A stretch of DNA of 64,000 bases, taken from positions 110,112,001-110,176,000 of the forward strand of contig NC_043001.1 of assembly GCF_006345805.1 (NCBI RefSeq). Reading direction: 5' to 3'. How positions within the stretch are numbered: position 1 is the stretch's first letter; each line of letters starts with the position of its first letter. The DNA comes from Octopus sinensis. Its lineage: Eukaryota. This document shows positions 37,508-51,883 of the stretch, piece after piece. The notes under the pieces were generated by a model. The model was not told the DNA's origin and made no database searches. It saw only the letters and a program-made list of their open reading frames with translations. The position numbers and the translations under genes are program-made.

Positions 37508-37990
37508 ATACATATATATATATACATATATACATACGCATACAGATATACACATACATATATACTATTCATTTAGTTCATCATGTACAGATACGTGTGT
37601 ATACATCATTATTTATTCAATTTTAGAAAAGTGTGAAACATGTCTCTGACAGTTTCAGAGCGTGTTGAACTTATGTTGTGCGAGACTTTTGGCCCATCCT
37701 CTGTCTCTCACTATTCTCCCTCTCTCTTCTTTCTCCCCCTTCTCTCTCTCTCTCTTTATATATATCAGAGAAAGAGAGAAAGAGAAAGAAAACTATAGAT
37801 ATATAGATACACCTTTCCTATCCGAGGCGCACCCTACATATAACGTTTGAATAAAGACGTTAATAATACAACAATATTTGATGACGATGAAACGCTGTAG
37901 TGAGCGAGTATCTGTGGTTCTCTAGTCTTGATATTTCAGAACACTAAATTACCAAATTTTATTTAAGGAGAGCAAAGTCTGTATGTATGC

Positions 37991-38023
<33 letters not shown>

Positions 38024-38039
38024 TTGTCTATACACACAC

Positions 38040-38087
<48 letters not shown>

Positions 38088-38089
38088 TA

Positions 38090-38360
38090 ATAATAAATAT
38101 TAGGGAAATAATCCAAACTTACAGGAAAAATCAGATTTAGGATTGAATCCAATTTTATAGTAAAATATTATATTATATTAAATTAGAGATAAAACTACTA
38201 TTAGGCAAATCATACATCGTAGTGTTATATTAATTATATTTTTTTAATAATTTTGTTATATATTTAAATAATATAAATTAAATAATCTTATGTATTGCCT
38301 TAAGTTTTTCATTGTATGATTTGCCTAATAGTGGTCTTATCTCTAATTTAATATAATATA
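38090..38360 (+). mobile_element. Family G variant: leader plus fold-back with long loop
   Basis: Same leader; arms ~38168-38216 and 38313-38360. Confidence 0.8.
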
Positions 38361-39135
38361 TATAGATATATATATATATATATATATCTTAGGGCGTGAA
38401 TGGTAATGATACGTGACGATAACCATCCAGGAAGTTTATTCAAGATACACCTTCCTGAGGCAGTTTATTACTGGTTTACCTTATTACTATTTCACTATTT
38501 CTTGTTGTTGTCGTTGTTGTTGATATTGTTGTTGTTAATACTCTCGTAGTGTGAGGATACATTTTTTTCATCCTTCATTTAAAAATTGTTTCAGCAGTGC
38601 CAACTAAAAATTTCTTTGAAGTAATTGGAAAATGACATATAATGGCCTGAGGAGCTGCTGAACTCGATATCAGTTACTAGGCAGCATAAAAAAAAAATGA
38701 GATATATTTTGCAAATATTTAAAAGTTTATTTACAATTTTTCTGTTCAAAATAGCCTGACACAAATAACTATGCTACATAGAAAAATATCGAAGTAGTAT
38801 TTAAAAACCCACACCATCAATTCACATTATTGAATATAAAAGGCAAAGAGGAAAATGAACGATTTAGTGATCGTTCAGAAGATATATATATACCCCCAAA
38901 ATACTCAAATAATGTTTTGAGGATCACGGTGTCAATATCAACAATAATAACAGTACCAACTCCGTCTTTGGTAAGTTCATTTGCAACTGTGTGAAAAGAA
39001 ACCTCCCCTCAACACTAATTAGACAAATGTTTGAAACTATTATAACTGCTTGACAAAAACCGGTGTGAAAATTTTGTAAAATTCAACCGAATTTCTTTGT
39101 CACAAGAACTGATCCAAGAGAAGAAGATACGTTCG

Positions 39136-39202
<67 letters not shown>

Positions 39203-41856
39203 TGATGATAAAGGTCCAGTATTACAAATATTGTATATGCATACATTTATGATACTTATGTTCGTGTGTGTGTGTTTGCGTGTGTCTCTATATATGTATA
39301 TTAGACTGTAAGGCGTAATGTAATCATTAATGAAAATGGGACTCCTATTCAATATCTGTTCATAAAATGCTCATAAAATACGGTCTTCTAAGCTATATAG
39401 AAATTAAAGGTTAAATAATTTCAGGTTTGACAAGTATCGCTTTGAAAATGACCTCGAACTAACTTGTACTTGACGCTATTATTACATCTTGAAGTACATT
39501 GATTAGTGTCTGTACTTTAAATTTTGAGACGTAAAATCGAGCAAAATTGCCTGTACATAATTATTATTTTTTAAAAATTAAGAATAAAAGCAAATGCTAT
39601 TAATATGTATTTGGTATATGTAGTTTGTGCTAACTCTGTGTAGGAGGGAAGTGTTTCTGTAATTAATTATAAAAATGTTTAGCTTCGGTTGTTGGAATGT
39701 TTCAGTTAACGGGTGGATTATACTAATTCACAAATCTCTTTCCAGAAATTGTGGGTGTTAGACACAGCTTTTACAATCTGCTTCGTTGTAATAGTCGAGT
39801 GATCCATTAAAAACCCGTTCATTCGAAGATAAAGTAGATTGTCATAAGGAAATATTTTAACAAAATTGTTAATAGTATTTTAGGGTGGTTACATGATTAA
39901 TAAAAGTATTTTTTACTTTTCATTTTATTGTGGTTGCTATTTTTGTAGGGTGCATATTGCGAGATAAGTAGCTTTACATTGACGTCAAGAACATTAACTA
40001 TATTTAAATGAGCTTCCATTGCTTCAGAAAAACGAATTTTTGAAGAAGTTATGACAGTTCTTAAGTAAACTATCAGTAGCTTAGTGGTTGACGTTAAGCA
40101 GTCAAAACTACTCACTTTCCCTCGTACCATAGAACAACAAATTTTTGCGGACATTACGACCAGGAACACCAATGAAAATATTTTGATCCCATACTTCGCT
40201 GGGGACTGTGTACTACTTCTTGATTATATAAAACTATAATTTATTTTTGGCATATAAACTAAAGCAATTATTCGTATAAAATTGAATATAATATCATAGT
40301 CTGTGTTCTGATTAATGTCATAGATTTTGCATGTTTACATAAGCTTCAAGAATATGTTGAAATTAAACCAGTATAATGCTATCAATGTAAGACGCGAAGA
40401 ATTGGCATTTGTTTCTTTATCCTTAATAGAATTCAACAATTTTGTAAATGGGCCAGTGTTATTTCGAACGAATACGTGTGATTTGAGCATCATTTTTGGA
40501 AAAGGAATCTAACAGGTTTCCATTAATGATACTTAAATCGGTTTAAGAAGAGTTAATGCTTGTTGTTGAAGGAGAGCTAATAAAATGAAATTTGTGAGAC
40601 TAAAACGTAAAAAAATGTAGTGGTACTTGTCTTATGCGTATAGATATTGACAAGAATATATATACACGCTATTGTGCGCGTCAATCCAATTTTCATTCTC
40701 TTTCTTACATACAATAACTTACACATATGTATGTATATGCATACATACACATATACACATATGCTCATAAGCATAGGTGCACATACAAAGACTCAGGCAC
40801 GAAAACAAACACGTAAATATCTGAAACACACACAAGTGTGTGTGTGTGTTTATGTGTGTGTATGAATGAGTGTGTGTGTCTTTAGAACATATACACATAC
40901 ACATATGTTGAGGCGTTCACGTGGATGTGAAGTACATTGCGTTTTGTTGTTTGAGACAAGAATGATATAAAGCTACAAAAAATCTTTGCGAAGCCATAAC
41001 ATTTATTTCGATGAATAAGCTTTCTTGCTTCTCTGTTCTTACATAAGAAATTGATTCTGAGGATCGAAAGGGAAGACTAAGATTTCCCGTGGGAAACCGC
41101 CGTGTATATCCATAATGAATTCATAGCAATGGGAAAGAAAACACATTATGCGTATTTAATAAATCACATATAGATTTAATATACATACATATACATACAT
41201 CTTTCTCTCTCTCTCTCTATATATATATATATGCACATATATATAAGTATGAATATACACATATATAGTTTAGTAACAATGAACATGTAAACAGACATAT
41301 TTACTTATCTACTTCCTCACTATATTTCTTACGTATTGTGTATTTATTTATTTATATATTTGTGTATTTATTTATTATTATTTTTTTATTTATTATCGCG
41401 GCTCATTTGTTGCTCTGCTGTTAAGAATTTTGCTTTAAATGGCCTAGTTATATTATTAACCCTATAGCCCAACAGTTTCTAGAAGCAAGTTCTATCATCC
41501 ATAGCAAGCATTCTCAAAATGTAGGCCTCCGTCGGAAGACCTGTACTTGTGTTCGTGTGGTATAAGTATTTCATGGTACAGCTGAAGGCTGTCACCCAAG
41601 TATATTATATAAGTATCGAATCTTTTTGAACCATAGCGCAAAAATCTACCTTGTCGTTTGAAGTGTTAGAAATCTTAATCAGTTATTCTGAATTTACACA
41701 TTACTGTCTCCACAAAAGTAAAGTTTTACACGATAATGTAACTCTAAATAATATCCGTTCCAATAATATACGAGATGGTTACTATTGCGCAATGTTTTAT
41801 CATAAATCAGCTGACACAGATTTGAAATGCGCCTGAATAATAACTCGAAAAGACAT

Positions 41857-42243
41857 ACTCTTTACTCTCTTTTACTTCTTTCAGTCATTTGACAGTGGTC
41901 ATGGTGGAGCACCGCCTTTAGTCGAGCAAATCGACCCTAGGATTTATTCTTTGTAAGCCTAGTACTTATTCTATCGGTCCCTTTTGCAGAACCGCTAGGT
42001 TACGGGGACGTAAACATACCAGCATCGGTTGTCAAGCGATGTCGGGGGAATAAACACAGACACACAAACATACATATATACGAAGGGCTTCTTTCAGTTT
42101 CCCTCTACCAATCCACTCACAAGGATTTGGTCGGCTCGAGTTTATAGTAGAAGGCAATTGCCTAAGATGCTACGCAGTGGGATTGAACCCGGAACCATGT
42201 AGTTCGTATGCATGTAACTTACCACACAGCCACTCCTACACCT
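41857..42243 (-). mobile_element. SINE family A, full length
   Basis: All family landmarks present. Confidence 0.95.
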
Positions 42244-42255
42244 ATTGATAATTTG

Positions 42256-42632
42256 GAAATTCACAATGTAAGGTGCTAAAGGTCTCAACATAGCCATTAA
42301 GACAGAGGAGCAGATACTACAACAGTTTCAATTTCGAGGGCCCCCACAGCTCTTTAGTAGTCTACGAGATATGCATAGGGTGGATGTAAGAATCTTCAAA
42401 ACGAAACTTAATCTCCTTCTGTCAAGAGTTCCGGATGAACCTACCTGGCGGTAGGAAACACCAAGTGAGGGCAGCAACATCAAACTCCCTCATTTACCAA
42501 ATGCCACATCTCAGAAGAGGTTTCATGTAATGAACGTGTAGCAAAGCTAACGGCTGTGCACCAGCATGGCCACAGCCCACGAGATGAAACTAGTAACAGC
42601 GTATAAAAAGAGAGTAAAATAGTAAAAGAGAG
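42256..42632 (+). mobile_element. CR1-like LINE 3' end (decayed ORF2 C-terminus and 3' UTR)
   Basis: Frameshifted peptide RSRYYNSFNFEGP/QLFSSLRDMHRVDVRIFKTKLNLLLSRVPDEPT/VRAATSNSLIYQM matches the recalled CR1-clade C-terminal pattern; tail resembles the family-A tail. Confidence 0.75.
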
Positions 42633-43148
42633 ATTTTTCTTTCTTCATATCTGAATTAAGCTAAAAAATGTTCTTGTTGATTCCTTGGTGAACAGAAATT
42701 TACCTGAATACCACCTGTCTGAATGTACACTGAATCATTCTACATTCCAGCTCTGTTAGTGTTGATATTTTATACAGAAATGAAAGTAAAGTACATAAAC
42801 AAACAAACACAACTCAAGCATGCGTAGTAAGCTATACGTACGCAAACATATAAAACAGAAATAAATAAATAAATGAATAAATAAATAATTACCTTATAAC
42901 TTAAAGACATTTTTTTCAACTGTAGTACATTTTATCTGATCAGGTATTCTTTTTTTGGCTGATAATGTTTTCTTATTGCATATTTTTTAAATATTTATTT
43001 ATTTTTATTCTTATCCTAGATCATTTTAAAGGAATGTGCCGCGCTCGAGCCCTGTATGTTACTTCACTCAGAAGTATTTTGTTTTCTACCTATGCACGGA
43101 TATTCACGTTCATCTGTATGTATGTATGTATGTATGTATGTATGTATG

Positions 43149-43179
<31 letters not shown>

Positions 43180-43242
43180 GTATGTATGTATATGTTTATA
43201 TACACATACATACATACACACATACATACATACATACATACA

Positions 43243-43276
<34 letters not shown>

Positions 43277-43675
43277 CATGCATACATGAATACAGACAGA
43301 CACACACGTGAGGAACCATGCATTATTTGCATATTTGAAATTTTGAGATAAGTACACGAGTGCTCAATACACGCGTTGGAGAACAAGAAATTCCTACTTG
43401 TTTGCGTGTGTGTATGTGTATATGTTTATGTTTTGCGTGCACGTGTATTTGTGTGCTGTGTTATAGCTATTATCACAAATGAAATGATTCACAGAATTGT
43501 ATCCTAAAATGTTCATACTTCTATGTGGATTCACGCGGAAATTCTGTCAGCTATCAGAAAATCAGTAAAAGAAACCTGTCGGTATTTCTCTGTACTTCAC
43601 ATTGTAAATTTAATACACTGGAACAGACATATATATATATATATATATATATATACTTTCTCATATGTGTACATC

Positions 43676-43767
<92 letters not shown>

Positions 43768-43768
43768 C

Positions 43769-43838
<70 letters not shown>

Positions 43839-43873
43839 GTCTGTCTGTATGTCTGTCTGTCTGTCTATCTATT

Positions 43874-43914
<41 letters not shown>

Positions 43915-44291
43915 GTCTCTATCATCTGTCTCTCTGTCTGTCTGTCCGTCTTTCTATTTATCTGTCAACTCATCTCCATCAATTTATCCGTCTATCGATC
44001 TATTAATTTCTGTCTCTCACTATATATAAAGATAGAGATATATATGTATATATTAGGGATCGTACATACACGTGCGCACGTACACACCCACTCACTAACT
44101 CACTCATTCATTCACTCACTCACTCACTCACACACTCGCACACTCACTCACGCCCCCCCCCCCCCAACTCACTCACAATTACACATATTTGCACAAAGTT
44201 ACACAAAGATGCACACAAAATATTTTGAGAATAGAAAAGAAAAGATTTCGGAAATTGTGAGAAAGAGGGAAAAAGTACGCAATGAAGAGAA

Positions 44292-44328
<37 letters not shown>

Positions 44329-44817
44329 GACAGGCACACTGGTAGAGATATAGAGAGAGAAAGAATTCGATAAAGTATTGTGAAAATGAGTCCATTCTTC
44401 CTTCAATAATAAATGAAGCTTGTTATTTGCTTATTGCCTTCTCTCTAAGTAAAAGGATGGGTTGCCGCGGATCACATCCTGTCCGCTGATTAGAGTTGGC
44501 TTTTTCAATTCAGTCATTCGATAGACAAACTAGCTCTAGATATTTCGTTTGTTTGTTCCAACTACCGCAATATACTTATAATTGTTCCCCTAGCAAGACT
44601 GCAAACATTACTTTGATGACCTTATGGCCGCCTTGTAAACAGCTCGAAATTCAGCATTGAGCCACTACCGTTGTCTCCTGAGAAGACCCCCACCCCCACT
44701 CCGCGAAGAGATTCCCATAATGCCAATACGCAGCACTATAATTGTCATGGTGATATATGAAGCGAAAGACCCCCAGACATAGCCGCGTATCTTTTCTATT
44801 TTCACATCAACGAAACA

Positions 44818-45230
44818 GCAGCGAGCTGGCAGAAACATTAGCACGCCGGGCGAAATGCTTAGCGATATTTCGTCTGCCACCACGTCCTGAGTTCAATTTT
44901 CGCCGAGGTCGACTTTGCCTTTCATCTTTTCGGGGTCGATAAATTAAGTACCAGTTACGCACTGGGTCGATATAATCGACTTGATCCGTTTGTCTGTCCT
45001 TGTTTGTCCTCTCTGTGTTTGACCCCTTGTGGGTAGTAAAGAAATAGGTATTTCGTCTGCCGTTACGTTCTGAGTTCATATTCCGCCGAGGTAGACTTTG
45101 CCTTTCATCCTTTAGGGGTCCATAAATTAAGTACCAGTTACGCACTGGGGTTGATGTAATCGACTTAATCCGTTTGTCTGTCCTTCTTTGTCCTCTCTGT
45201 GTTTAGCCCTTTGTGAGCAATAAAGAAATA
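44818..45230 (+). mobile_element. SINE family B head-to-tail dimer
   Basis: Unit 1 44864-45046 and unit 2 45047-45230 (~184 bp) behind a single head. Confidence 0.95.
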
Positions 45231-46909
45231 AGAAACTGAAACACTATGGATACGCACAGAAAGATGTAATGACGAGAGAAACAATGATTTAAAGCATAGG
45301 CGTTCCAGCCGTAGCCATTCTCTCGATTATTAGTTATCTAGAAACGCAATACCAATCGTTTCTTACTTTTTAACATTATGTGTGTAAGTGTGTGGGGGTG
45401 ATCTTAGAATGAATCAGTTTCTGATTCATGAGAATCGATCAGTCAGGTGAAGAATCTTCCGTTTCATTCCTAATTCTATTCCGGTTTATCGGTGAACTGT
45501 GGGTGTTGAGTGATTCCAAGGCTAATAAAAACAACGCACTTGAAACGCAAAGACAGGCACTATTAATTTATGTAGCTTGGTCTATTTCACATAATCTCTG
45601 CTGTTACAAGCTGGATTAACGCCTCCGCTAAAATAAATAAACGGAACTAGAAATAAACGGAACTCTTCATAAAACATCAAGACTTTATTGTAGCATTCAA
45701 AGTGCACTATCGCATAAAATTTATCGAAAACAACCTCCGAAAAAAGCCATTTTTATATGAAAACAAGTATTAATAACATCACTAATCTGCAAAGCATACA
45801 TTTCATATATAATTTATATTTTAATCTTGCTCAACAGCTGTTTCAATAAACTAAGAATGTCATCATCTATATAATTCCACCATTACTGCAAATAGTTAAT
45901 ATATTTGAAAGTTGACGTGTATCTATTTCTTCAAGTGTGAAACAGCGCTTAAGCAGTTATGATTTTTTAAAGTGAACTATATTATTTTCTGCTTTTTATT
46001 GTAAATATGTTACTCTAAACTATCGTGTTAGCTGATACTAATAAATTGGTTTTTGGTGATAATTTATGTACCAAGGATATATTTCATGATGATCAATCCA
46101 GTTTATAGGGAACTCCCCTGATGGTAAATATTGCATTCATAATATGTACCACACGAAAGAAAAAAGTCGGATGAGAAATTGTATCAAACGTTACAACGCA
46201 CAAGTATGTCAGAGCGTTACGGAAAATTAGACAAAATATAAGATAGTCGTAGTGACACATTGGAACTAATATATCGATGTTGTTTTTAATCATATGGGAA
46301 CAAAAAATAACGAAGATAAGGCCAGTGAGTCTTTAGAACATATCTGTAAATGTCATGTACATTTTCAAGCTATCAACGAATGAAAGTTAATAATCAGTTA
46401 ATGAGAATTCATTTTGTCATTACCGATCAAAATGTTTCTCTTTCGGACAAAATATTTCTCTTTCGCGGTCCAACTTAGATTAGATAACGTTTTACTAAAC
46501 TAAATGCAATATTCTGATATTATTGATATATAATAAGAAAACACAACGAGATACGAGCAGATATATTCTCGATTTCTAGTTCCTAGTAACGAACTATAAA
46601 GTGATTCAGATAAGCTGTGTAAGAGACAAAGTGTTTGTACTGCATACTTGAACATTAAGACAAGTTATTTACTATCATTTTGTGTGTAAAGATTTATACT
46701 TGTATACGGAAGTCTATAAGAGTGGAAAAGTCGTAAATTGGAGATTAAGTTTCATTTTCAAATACTTTTAAATCCCCAAAATCGCAGTTTTAAAATTTAA
46801 AGTTAAAAGTTTTACCTATATTTTAGAATTTTATTGCTACGATTATTCCCCCTTTAAGTATCTGCTGCTTGCGAGAAAAATCTATCAATCTATCAATCTG
46901 CCTGCCTGC

Positions 46910-46979
<70 letters not shown>

Positions 46980-47982
46980 GTCTATCTGTCTGTCTGTCTG
47001 TCTGCCTGTCTATCTATCTATCTTTCTGTTTGTCTGTTTGTATATCTTTCTCTCTGTCTATCTGTCTGTCTGTCAGCTTGTCAGTCTGTCTATGTATGTG
47101 CGTATGTATGTATTATGAATGTATGTATCTATCTGGCTGTCTGTCTATTTGTCTATCTGTCTGTCTCTCGCTCTCTCTCTCTCTCTATCTATTTATATAT
47201 CTATCTATTAATATATCTATCTATCTTTCTCCCTCTATCCATCTGTCTATCTAGCTAACTTCTCTGCTTATCTCTCTATCTATCTATCTATTTATATATT
47301 TATCTATCTTTCTCCCTTTATCCATCTGTCTATCTAGCTGGCTTCTCTGCCTCTCTCTCTCTCTCTCTCTCTCTCCCTATATGTATAAATATATATATAT
47401 ATAACATCATCATCATCACCATTCACCATCATCATCAACATCATCATCATCATCATCAACACCAACAACAGAAACAACAACCAGAATGTCTCCATCATCA
47501 TTAACATCATCATCATTATCATCCTCACTATTAACATTACCATCCCCGTCATGGCAGTCGTCGTTATCAGGATCCGTATCATTTCATTTGCGTATCGATT
47601 TATTTACCTCTCACATGTGTAAGATGGGTTTCTGAAACAAGGGTATGCTACACTAAAACGATTATCTTAGAAAGACAGAAGAAGGAAATGTTTATCTTAT
47701 TTGGCGTAACGTAGTCCCATCAGAGACAACACGATGCCAATGATTTATATCTTGCAAATTTATATTCTAACTTGATTATGTGGATGGCTCTGTATATGCG
47801 AGTGTGTGTGTGTGTGTTTGTATGTGTATTTGCGCATTGACGCCTATGTGGATGATATAAATATTACAGCGGTTCGTGCGTGGTTATTTCTATAAAAATA
47901 ATAGACTAGCGACATCTATCATGGCGTCCTCATTGCTAATACTTGTTATTTTTTTTCATGGTTAATAGCAGTCATATGAGTA

Positions 47983-48020
<38 letters not shown>

Positions 48021-48185
48021 TTTCCCCCTCGTTATCGAGTATGGCCATTGCACGAAGCTTAACTATCATTAGTGCTGTGATCGAATGTGACATTTTAGCC
48101 CAGCTAAAGATCTACAATGTCTTGTACAGAATTGGCAGCTAAAACCTTTACCGGTAATAGCCGGCTGTAGTTGTAACTGGGCTTA

Positions 48186-48217
<32 letters not shown>

Positions 48218-48619
48218 AATGTAAGATCCAGGTATCGAGGTGTAGGAAGTAAGTTAGGTTCGAGTAATCCGTAGTAAATATATATATAAAAAAAAAACTT
48301 TCAGAAAAAAACAGTGGGTTATTGAGACGGAAGGTTGCGGATTATTTTTGTTTATCGAAGAACGATGAGCAGAAAATGTTCTTTTTTATAATCAACGGTA
48401 GGCGACCTGTATTGTCGAGCGTGCGAAAAAGAATACAAGAGTTGCGGAGTGGAGTAGGAAAAAAATCCGGCCATAGCGAAGGAACCTCAGAAGTGGTAAA
48501 ATCCATAAAGGTCTGTACCGTCGGTGACTCTTCAGGTCTAGGATACCTTAATTAGGTTTAGGATATACATTGCCGCAAGAATATACCTGTTATCGCAAAT
48601 AAGGCATACATGCACACAG

Positions 48620-48649
<30 letters not shown>

Positions 48650-48653
<4 letters not shown>

Positions 48654-48896
48654 AATATTAGGGAATATATCCAAATTTACAGGGAAAAAAAATCAGATTT
48701 AGGATTAAATCCAATTTTATAGTAAAATATTATAAAATATTATTTGAGACAAAACCACTATTTTGCAAAACAAACAAGGAAAGACTTAATCAATACATAA
48801 AATTTAATAAATAGTCATATTAAATTTTATGTATTGATTAAGTCTTTCCTTGTTTGTTTTGCAAAATAGTGGTTTTGTCTCAAATAATATTTTATA
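48650..48896 (+). mobile_element. Family G with perfect 79-bp inverted repeat
   Basis: Arms 48731-48809 and 48818-48896 are exact reverse complements (checked base by base); 8-nt loop. Confidence 0.9.
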
Positions 48897-48957
48897 TATA
48901 TATATATATATATACATACATACATGCATACATACATATGTATGTATATATATTTAG

Positions 48958-48988
<31 letters not shown>

Positions 48989-49033
48989 CATATACATATA
49001 TACATATACATATATACATATACATATATATAC

Positions 49034-49064
<31 letters not shown>

Positions 49065-49133
49065 CATATATACATACATATATATACATATATATATATA
49101 CATATACATATATACATATACATACATATATAT

Positions 49134-49177
<44 letters not shown>

Positions 49178-49202
49178 ATATATATATTATATATTATATA
49201 TA

Positions 49203-49239
<37 letters not shown>

Positions 49240-49628
49240 CTGTATATATGTTTCTGTATGTATAATCAGTCGTTGATAGTCGCTGTTGCTGTTGTTGCTT
49301 TCATCTGGTTTGGTTAATGTTTTCGTAGCTATTGTTGACAAACAATGATTAATTGCCGTATTTACGACTATGTAATTGTTATCGAGATAATTCATGCAAA
49401 CCCGCATGAATAGGAACACGCGTAATCACAGAAAAAAAAACTGTAAGGAAATAAAAACAAAAACAAACAAAAAAACAAAAGAAAGAGTAAAACACTCATT
49501 TACGATTTCACAAATACTTTCGTATTTAATTATCAGAGCAGTGTGTGCATGTATTTCTATATATGAATATATATGTATATATGCATATGTGTGTATTCTA
49601 TGTGGCTCTCTCTGACTCTGACACTATT

Positions 49629-49681
<53 letters not shown>

Positions 49682-49720
49682 CCATGTATCTAAACATATA
49701 TATATATGTATCTAAATATA

Positions 49721-49751
<31 letters not shown>

Positions 49752-49776
49752 GAATATATCTACGTATATATATATG

Positions 49777-49807
<31 letters not shown>

Positions 49808-50478
49808 GTGTGTGTGTACTGGCTCCAATATACAAACATAAATATTTGTTTGCCTCGGTATATATGTGTGCATATGTATGTGTTGTTTTTATCTGTATGT
49901 TCCTCATAGGCTGGAAATGTGACATGATAACACGTCATAGCAAATGGTATGGTGTGTATGTCAGACATTCCTAAGATATGCGCTGGTTGTAGATATCTGA
50001 CGGTAGAGGTGTTCGTGGCTTGGCTAAAACTGCTTGGCATTTGCAAGGTGTGAGAAAATGTGAGATGTGAGTGAAATAGAAGAATGAAAGAGGAGGAGAC
50101 GGTAGGTGAAAATGCTAATGGAAAATAAGATGAAAGTGCAGAATGATAAGAATGAGAACAAATGAAATCTATAAAGCCAAAAAGAAAACAGAAAATGTTC
50201 TAGAAAACTTCTGAAATATAAGGAGAGAATTGATGAGTAGCAGGTGAGAAAGAGTAGTCAGCATAACAGGTTGACTGGACTTCAACTGTTATGTTGGCAA
50301 GCACTGAGCGACGGTTTGTTTTCTTGGCAGGTGTAACTGCTGTTGTTGCTCAGTCTTAGGTCATGTCTGAGAAATGAGACATTTGATCAAATAAATTCTA
50401 TACATGACCATCACATTTCTTTCTTTTTTTTTTGGTATCATTATATCAACTTTATCTATTCTGTCCGATTTGATTTTA

Positions 50479-50705
50479 TACAGGGTGGCCTAAACGTAGG
50501 TTTACAGTTATCAGGTAGGCAATTTGAATTTCTTTTAAACCATTTTATTACATTTAAATTTCTGTTTTACAATTATCTCAATTACCATAGAATAATGGAT
50601 TCACGTTTTTGTTTTGTTTTTACAATTAAGATCTAAACTGTTAATATATGAATGCGAAAGAGATAGTTGAATAACTGTAAGCCTACTTTTGGGTCACCCT
50701 TCATA
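50479..50705. mobile_element. Tc1/mariner-like MITE
   Basis: TA-cagggtggcctaaacgtaggtttacagtt and aactgtaagcctacttttgggtcaccct, imperfect ~28-bp TIRs. Confidence 0.7.
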
Positions 50706-51081
50706 GAAGTGTTGTAGTTTAGCTTCAGTGTGAAGCATGTTAAATGATCGCGTGGAGGAAGGATACATAATCTCCCTTTCTAATGGAACTATTTTAAGTT
50801 TTATTTCTGTCATCCGCATCGATTAGGTGTAATTCATTTATAAACAAAAATGAAACTTTTGACATAAACAGTAATCCAAAATCCATTTTATGATCGACGG
50901 CAGAGAAACACACTACACTAGCTATTTGAAGAATATCCCAGCCCAGTCGACACCGTTTCAATGCTGGCCCTTGGTCAGACTTTTATAAGAGGGTGCTCCT
51001 TGTGGATTCCTGGTTGTTATCTTGGATTGGTTGATAAATACATATGTCTACGCATCCAATATTATTGTTACGAGTATGAAG

Positions 51082-51280
51082 CAGGTGAGCGAGCTGAATC
51101 AGTAGCATACCGGAAAAAAATGCATCCGGATTTGCGGTGTGGGTTCAAATTCCACCAAGGTCGACTTTAATCCCTTTGGAGTCGATAAGATAATTACCAT
51201 TCAAGATCTGTGGTGTGATTAAATGAGCATCCCCATCCCCCAAACTTTGGAGTCTTGTACCTATGGTAGAAATTATTCTT
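51082..51280 (+). mobile_element. SINE family B, old copy (tail B2)
   Basis: gggttcaaattccaccaaggtcgacttt...ggagtcgataa...gtcttgtacctatggtagaaa. Confidence 0.7.
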
Positions 51281-51883
51281 ACGATTTTTTTTTCTACTTT
51301 CAGCTCAGAGCTGATGCACCGCCGTTGTACGATTGTATATATAACATGAAAATTAAGGACAATTTTATCCTCTAAGCAAAGTTTAAGCACCAATCTATAT
51401 GATTGCAACCACGAGGATTATGCCCCACCATCTCCCGCTCGTTATCTGGAAAGAACGGTGACAAAGGTAAGCATTCATGGGTACCAAAAGAGTGAGATCT
51501 CTAGTGGATATTCGTACATTTGTTGGAATAGAACAAAACTTTATTGAATGTGAAAAGAACGAAGAAGGAAAACTTGTTTGTGACCATGCTGGAGTTTCTT
51601 CTCAATATTTAGCTTCAGCATCTGTAAAGGATTCCAGACATCTAGATGCCAAATGGGGTAGAATTAAAAGTAATTGTGGAGGGCAGGTGACCCAGATGCT
51701 GCTTGTGTAGAATGGAACAACTTGTTATTTGAGAGCTCATTATTGCACATCGTACAAAACAGGGAACGGGAAAGGAGGCCTCCACTGCTGCCGACACCAT
51801 CGCTGCAACTGTAACAGTGTGCAACAACAGAAGCATAGCAACAATAGCAGCAAAAAAGAAAAAGAAAACTTATGTAGAATGAC

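Noticed and set aside
37873-37892. TTGATGA-cgat-GAAAC-gct-GTA hammerhead-like string
   Set aside because: No stem II or stem I pairing
38922-38970. Exon-like segment ending in a strong gtaagt donor
   Set aside because: Low-complexity peptide, weak acceptor, phase incompatible with the 36317 candidate
39897-40172. 91-aa ORF with FSEA..HLN..VN faintly like a Tc1 transposase motif
   Set aside because: Similarity too weak; no other DDE motifs or TIRs found
45607-46121. Inverted YKLD*-encoding 15-mers as possible TIRs
   Set aside because: Match is short and does not extend
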